This document shows, one piece after another, positions 61,125 through 64,000 of a stretch of DNA of 64,000 nucleotides (positions are counted from its first letter, which is position 1; the number at the start of each line of letters is the position of its first letter). Under the pieces are notes generated by a model, which ran no database searches, was not told the DNA's origin, and saw nothing but the letters and a program-made list of their open reading frames with translations. The translations under genes were made by a program, and so were the position numbers. Source of the stretch: Planctomycetota bacterium (GTDB lineage: Bacteria > Planctomycetota > UBA8108 > SXIK01); contig OZ244999.1 of NCBI GenBank assembly GCA_965223265.1, positions 5,952,001-6,016,000 of the forward strand, in the 5' to 3' direction.

Positions 61125-61457
61125 CTACAAGAACTCGACGTGATGTCCCATCTCTTCGGCGGACAGAGCTTGACGGATGAGCATCAACCCTCGGATGACG
61201 TCACCGACCGAAGTACCCTGTCGGGCGAAGACAATCCCGGCATGAGGCACACCCTCCGCGTGAAGGCGGAGAAAATCCGCATCCTGAGTGAAGACCACGC
61301 GTCTCTCCTGGTGTGCCCGCTCGATGTGCTTGCGGTCGCTTGCTCCCAGCAGGCCTGCCTCGCGCACCGTCAGAACGTCTGCACCACGCTCACGAAGCCC
61401 GCGGATCACAGCCCTCGCCACATGCTCGTCCGCGTAGAACTTAATCTCCTCCGGCAT
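61125..61457 (-). CDS. DUF5615 PIN-like toxin (VapC45-like)
   Basis: KFYADEHV, LRERGADV, GASD, RVVFTQDADF, HAGIV; overlaps the antitoxin stop. Confidence 0.85.
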   Translation of the reverse strand: MPEEIKFYADEHVARAVIRGLRERGADVLTVREAGLLGASDRKHIERAHQERRVVFTQDADFLRLHAEGVPHAGIVFARQGTSVGDVIRGLMLIRQALSAEEMGHHVEFL

Positions 61458-61752
61458 CGAGCTTTTGACGAACCTTCGACGGGCATTGGCGCTGCATGGC
61501 CTCGACGAAAACGACGCCTTCTCCGATCTCTCGATCGACCTCCTGTCGGTGCGCGAAGTAGTAAGCCAACGCCGCGTACACCTCGACCAGGGTCAGGTCG
61601 TATTCGGTTGCGATCTCATCGGCGCTCATTCCAAAGCGCTCATGCCAGAGCGCGACGTCGGCCACCGTGATCCGATGTCCCGCGATCCGAGCCCTTCCAC
61701 CCGCCACACCGGGAGTCTTCTCAATATATTGGTCGAGAGTCTTCGTTGTCAT
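61441..61752 (-). CDS. DUF433 antitoxin (VapB45-like)
   Basis: TPGVAGGRARIAGHRITV, GMSADEIATEYDLT, VYAALAYY. Confidence 0.9.
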   Translation of the reverse strand: MTTKTLDQYIEKTPGVAGGRARIAGHRITVADVALWHERFGMSADEIATEYDLTLVEVYAALAYYFAHRQEVDREIGEGVVFVEAMQRQCPSKVRQKLDAGGD

Positions 61753-61959
61753 GAAAATCCTTCGTCACCACCGTCCGAATCCTATTGTAACCAGGTCCCT
61801 GCCTCACCCGCCACCTGTTCTTCGAAACTGCCGAAGGGGTAATCCGATCTCCGTCCGAGTCCCCGTCGGAGCCGGTGTTACGGGACATGCGTCTCGTTCA
61901 CCAGGCTCACCCGGGCGCAAAAGAATCTTGAGGCGCGTGCCCGTCGACGGTTTGAGAGG

Positions 61960-62039
61960 AGCGATCGTCTCGGCGAGTGAACTCACGCCTTGTGATTCAC
62001 CTTTCCAGCGCGACAGCGCGCCGCAAGAGATCAAAACCG
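61960..62039. repeat. 80-bp direct repeat, right copy
   Basis: Identical to 60951-61030; includes the last 9 nt of the GS-like gene. Confidence 0.95.
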
Positions 62040-63380
62040 AAACTTATAAGCGAGCTCTTCAGCCGTCTCTTCGGGAAGAGACTCGATCGCTGAGATTTCA
62101 GCGCGCTTCATGGTCACGTAGTCGCGAACGCGGCGGTCGCCGAGCTGCCGGGACAGGACACTGTTTTGTTCAAGTGCCGAGACCGCGTCCCCGAGACTCG
62201 ACGGATACGGCAAGAGATTCCGTTTCGCCCGCTCCGCGGCTGAAAGGAGTGCAGGATCGGTCAGCACGGGCGATCCCGGATCGACCTTTTGATCGATGCC
62301 ATGCATTCCGGCGCAGAGGATGCCGCTGAGCGCGAGGTACGGGTTGCAGGTGGGGTCCGCCGGCTTGTACTCGAGGTTGAGCGTTGCCTCCTCGCGACCG
62401 CGGTAGCACGACGGCACGCGCACACTCGCCTCGCGGTTGTCAGGCCCCCAAGACGTATAGCAAGAGCTCCAGCAGCGCTCAACGAATCGCTTGTAGGAGT
62501 TCGTAGTGGGCGCTGTGAGCGCCAAAAGCGATGGCAGGTGCGCGAGAATCCCGCCGATGAAATGGCGTGCCGTCTGCGACAGCGAGTGTTCGCGCGAAGC
62601 ATCGTAGAAGATGTTCGTTCCATCCTTCCACAAGCTCAGATGGACATGACAGCCGTTCCCTGCGGCATTGGGATCCGGCTTCGGCATGAAGGAGACGCGA
62701 AAGCCAAGGTCGTGCGCCACGCCGCGAACCGTCTCGCGAAACACGACCTGCTGGTCGGCGGCCGCAAGGCCGCTCTGATGGCGAACAGGGATCTCCTGCT
62801 GGCCACCGCCGGCCTCCGGAAAGTACTTCTCGACGAAGATGCCCTGTTGCTCGAGGGCATCGATGATTGGCAGGACGTACTCGCTGGCGATATCCATCGC
62901 GGCAGAGCTGAAGCAGTTGAGCGCATCGATGGGTCGCCAAACGCCATCTTCATCCGCCGTGTAAATCGTGAACTCGTTTTCGAACACCGCCTCGACGCTC
63001 CAGCCACGACTCTCGACGTCGGCGAGAACCGACTTGAGCAGGCTACGCGGGCAAAGCTCCCACGGCTCGCCGTCGAGGGTTTCGAGATCGCTAAGGAGTC
63101 GCGCGTGTCCCGGCAGATACGGCAGCAGCTGGAACGTTGCCAGGTCGGGGCAAATGCGCACCTCGCCCACGGGCTGAAAGGCACTGTGGGGCGGTAGGGC
63201 GTCGAAGACCGTCACCGATGCTTGCGCCTGCGTCAGTCCAATACCACTCTCAACCGCGTCTCTGAAGTACCGACGCGGCACCGCCTTGCCGCGCGTGATG
63301 CCGTCCGGCCCTGCGTAGATGCAGCGGACGAGTGCGATGTTATGGTCTTCGAGAGCTTTCTCGATCTTGCCGAGTTGCAT
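62031..63380 (-). CDS. Glutamine synthetase-like gamma-glutamyl ligase (FluG/NodGS C-terminal type)
   Basis: GITRGK, CPRS, ENEF, EAGGGQQEI, FMPKP..GNGCHVHLSL, NSYKR, WGPDNRE, LEYKPADPTCNPYL. Confidence 0.9.
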   Translation of the reverse strand: MQLGKIEKALEDHNIALVRCIYAGPDGITRGKAVPRRYFRDAVESGIGLTQAQASVTVFDALPPHSAFQPVGEVRICPDLATFQLLPYLPGHARLLSDLETLDGEPWELCPRSLLKSVLADVESRGWSVEAVFENEFTIYTADEDGVWRPIDALNCFSSAAMDIASEYVLPIIDALEQQGIFVEKYFPEAGGGQQEIPVRHQSGLAAADQQVVFRETVRGVAHDLGFRVSFMPKPDPNAAGNGCHVHLSLWKDGTNIFYDASREHSLSQTARHFIGGILAHLPSLLALTAPTTNSYKRFVERCWSSCYTSWGPDNREASVRVPSCYRGREEATLNLEYKPADPTCNPYLALSGILCAGMHGIDQKVDPGSPVLTDPALLSAAERAKRNLLPYPSSLGDAVSALEQNSVLSRQLGDRRVRDYVTMKRAEISAIESLPEETAEELAYKFRF

Positions 63381-63439
63381 TGGCATGCATCCTGAAACAC
63401 GCAAAGTTCATCGCTGCCGCAGCACATTCGCCACGAGTG

Positions 63440-63973
63440 TTACTCCGACTCTCGTTCATTGAGCCGACGCACGATCGAGACTCGATCGCGCTCATAGTTG
63501 TCGCGATGCATTCGATATCGAGTGGCTGCCACCACCCCACATATCCCTACAGCGACCGCCCCGACGACGAAGAGGATCGGAATGATCCAAACGTGACCCG
63601 GCGTGCCGATTCGCTGGGCAGAGTTGATCCAATAGATTCCAAACCCGAGCGCAACACAGATTCCCACGACACTTCCGATGACCGACGGGACCTTGTACAC
63701 GTTGTCGTTACCACGGACCATCAATTTTTGCTTCCGCTCCACCCACTCGCGGTCGAGACGTGCGAGATCATTCTGCAGCTTAATCGTCTCGACGTCGTCG
63801 GCGATCCTCTCAGTCCGTTCGTCAATCGCCTCGAGAACCTCGGTATAGACCGCACCGCTCTCGGATCTTACGGCCAGCTTCGAGGAGCAGTACTGGTAGG
63901 TCAGAAAGCGCACCTTCTGCGGCACCTCGAGTGGCGAGCCGCAGTGGTTGCACGTCAGACTGACGATCTTCAT
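63440..63973 (-). CDS. Zinc-ribbon / coiled-coil / 2-TM hypothetical protein
   Basis: CNHCGSPL...YQYC, helical ELxRLDREW-type segment, two C-terminal TMs. Confidence 0.75.
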   Translation of the reverse strand: MKIVSLTCNHCGSPLEVPQKVRFLTYQYCSSKLAVRSESGAVYTEVLEAIDERTERIADDVETIKLQNDLARLDREWVERKQKLMVRGNDNVYKVPSVIGSVVGICVALGFGIYWINSAQRIGTPGHVWIIPILFVVGAVAVGICGVVAATRYRMHRDNYERDRVSIVRRLNERESE

Positions 63974-64000
63974 AACCTGTTTATAACTGACGCGGCGACG

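Noticed and set aside
62031-63380. Naming the gene glnA (true glutamine synthetase)
   Set aside because: Motif variants and the amidohydrolase partner point to a FluG-type gamma-glutamyl ligase
1-64000. Abundance of TCGA-containing words (CTCGAG, GTCGAC, ATCGAC) as a HIP-like repeat
   Set aside because: Explicable by codon usage (CTC/GTC/ATC followed by GAx) in a high-GC genome; enrichment cannot be tested by eye

Overview
High-GC bacterial genomic DNA. It is almost certainly a planctomycete, judging from DUF1549/DUF1553 and two DUF1501 genes, ECF sigma factor/Ser-Thr kinase pairs, many HEAT-repeat proteins and many secreted proteins with a dockerin-like 'GDxNxDGxxDISD' tag. I see no rRNA, tRNA, CRISPR array, integrase or transposase gene. 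The window is an accessory, surface and signalling region. The most notable feature is a secreted ~1810-aa protein (32616-38048) that joins FG-GAP/VCBS propellers, a phospho-histidine swivel domain FOLLOWED by an ATP-grasp dikinase domain, and a dockerin-like tail. That His-before-ATP-grasp order and the LSHVxIR motif resemble glucan,water dikinases rather than PPDK/PEP synthase. Other highlights: seven dockerin-tagged exported proteins; an ECF sigma plus malectin receptor-kinase locus upstream of genes carrying a thrice-repeated unknown His/Cys domain; a DUF433/DUF5615 toxin-antitoxin cassette between perfect 80-bp direct repeats splitting a FluG-like GS-ligase/amidohydrolase pair; an internally deleted duplicate of a PQQ-propeller gene bracketing a lower-GC FG-GAP gene; a NemR-like TetR with two visible operators beside a secreted Cys-rich protein; a CX5R phosphatase-like/cytochrome c' fusion; a LemA-HEAT-GIDE operon; an orphan DNA methyltransferase; and two MITE-like elements. 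All family calls come from motifs recognised by eye, not from database searches.
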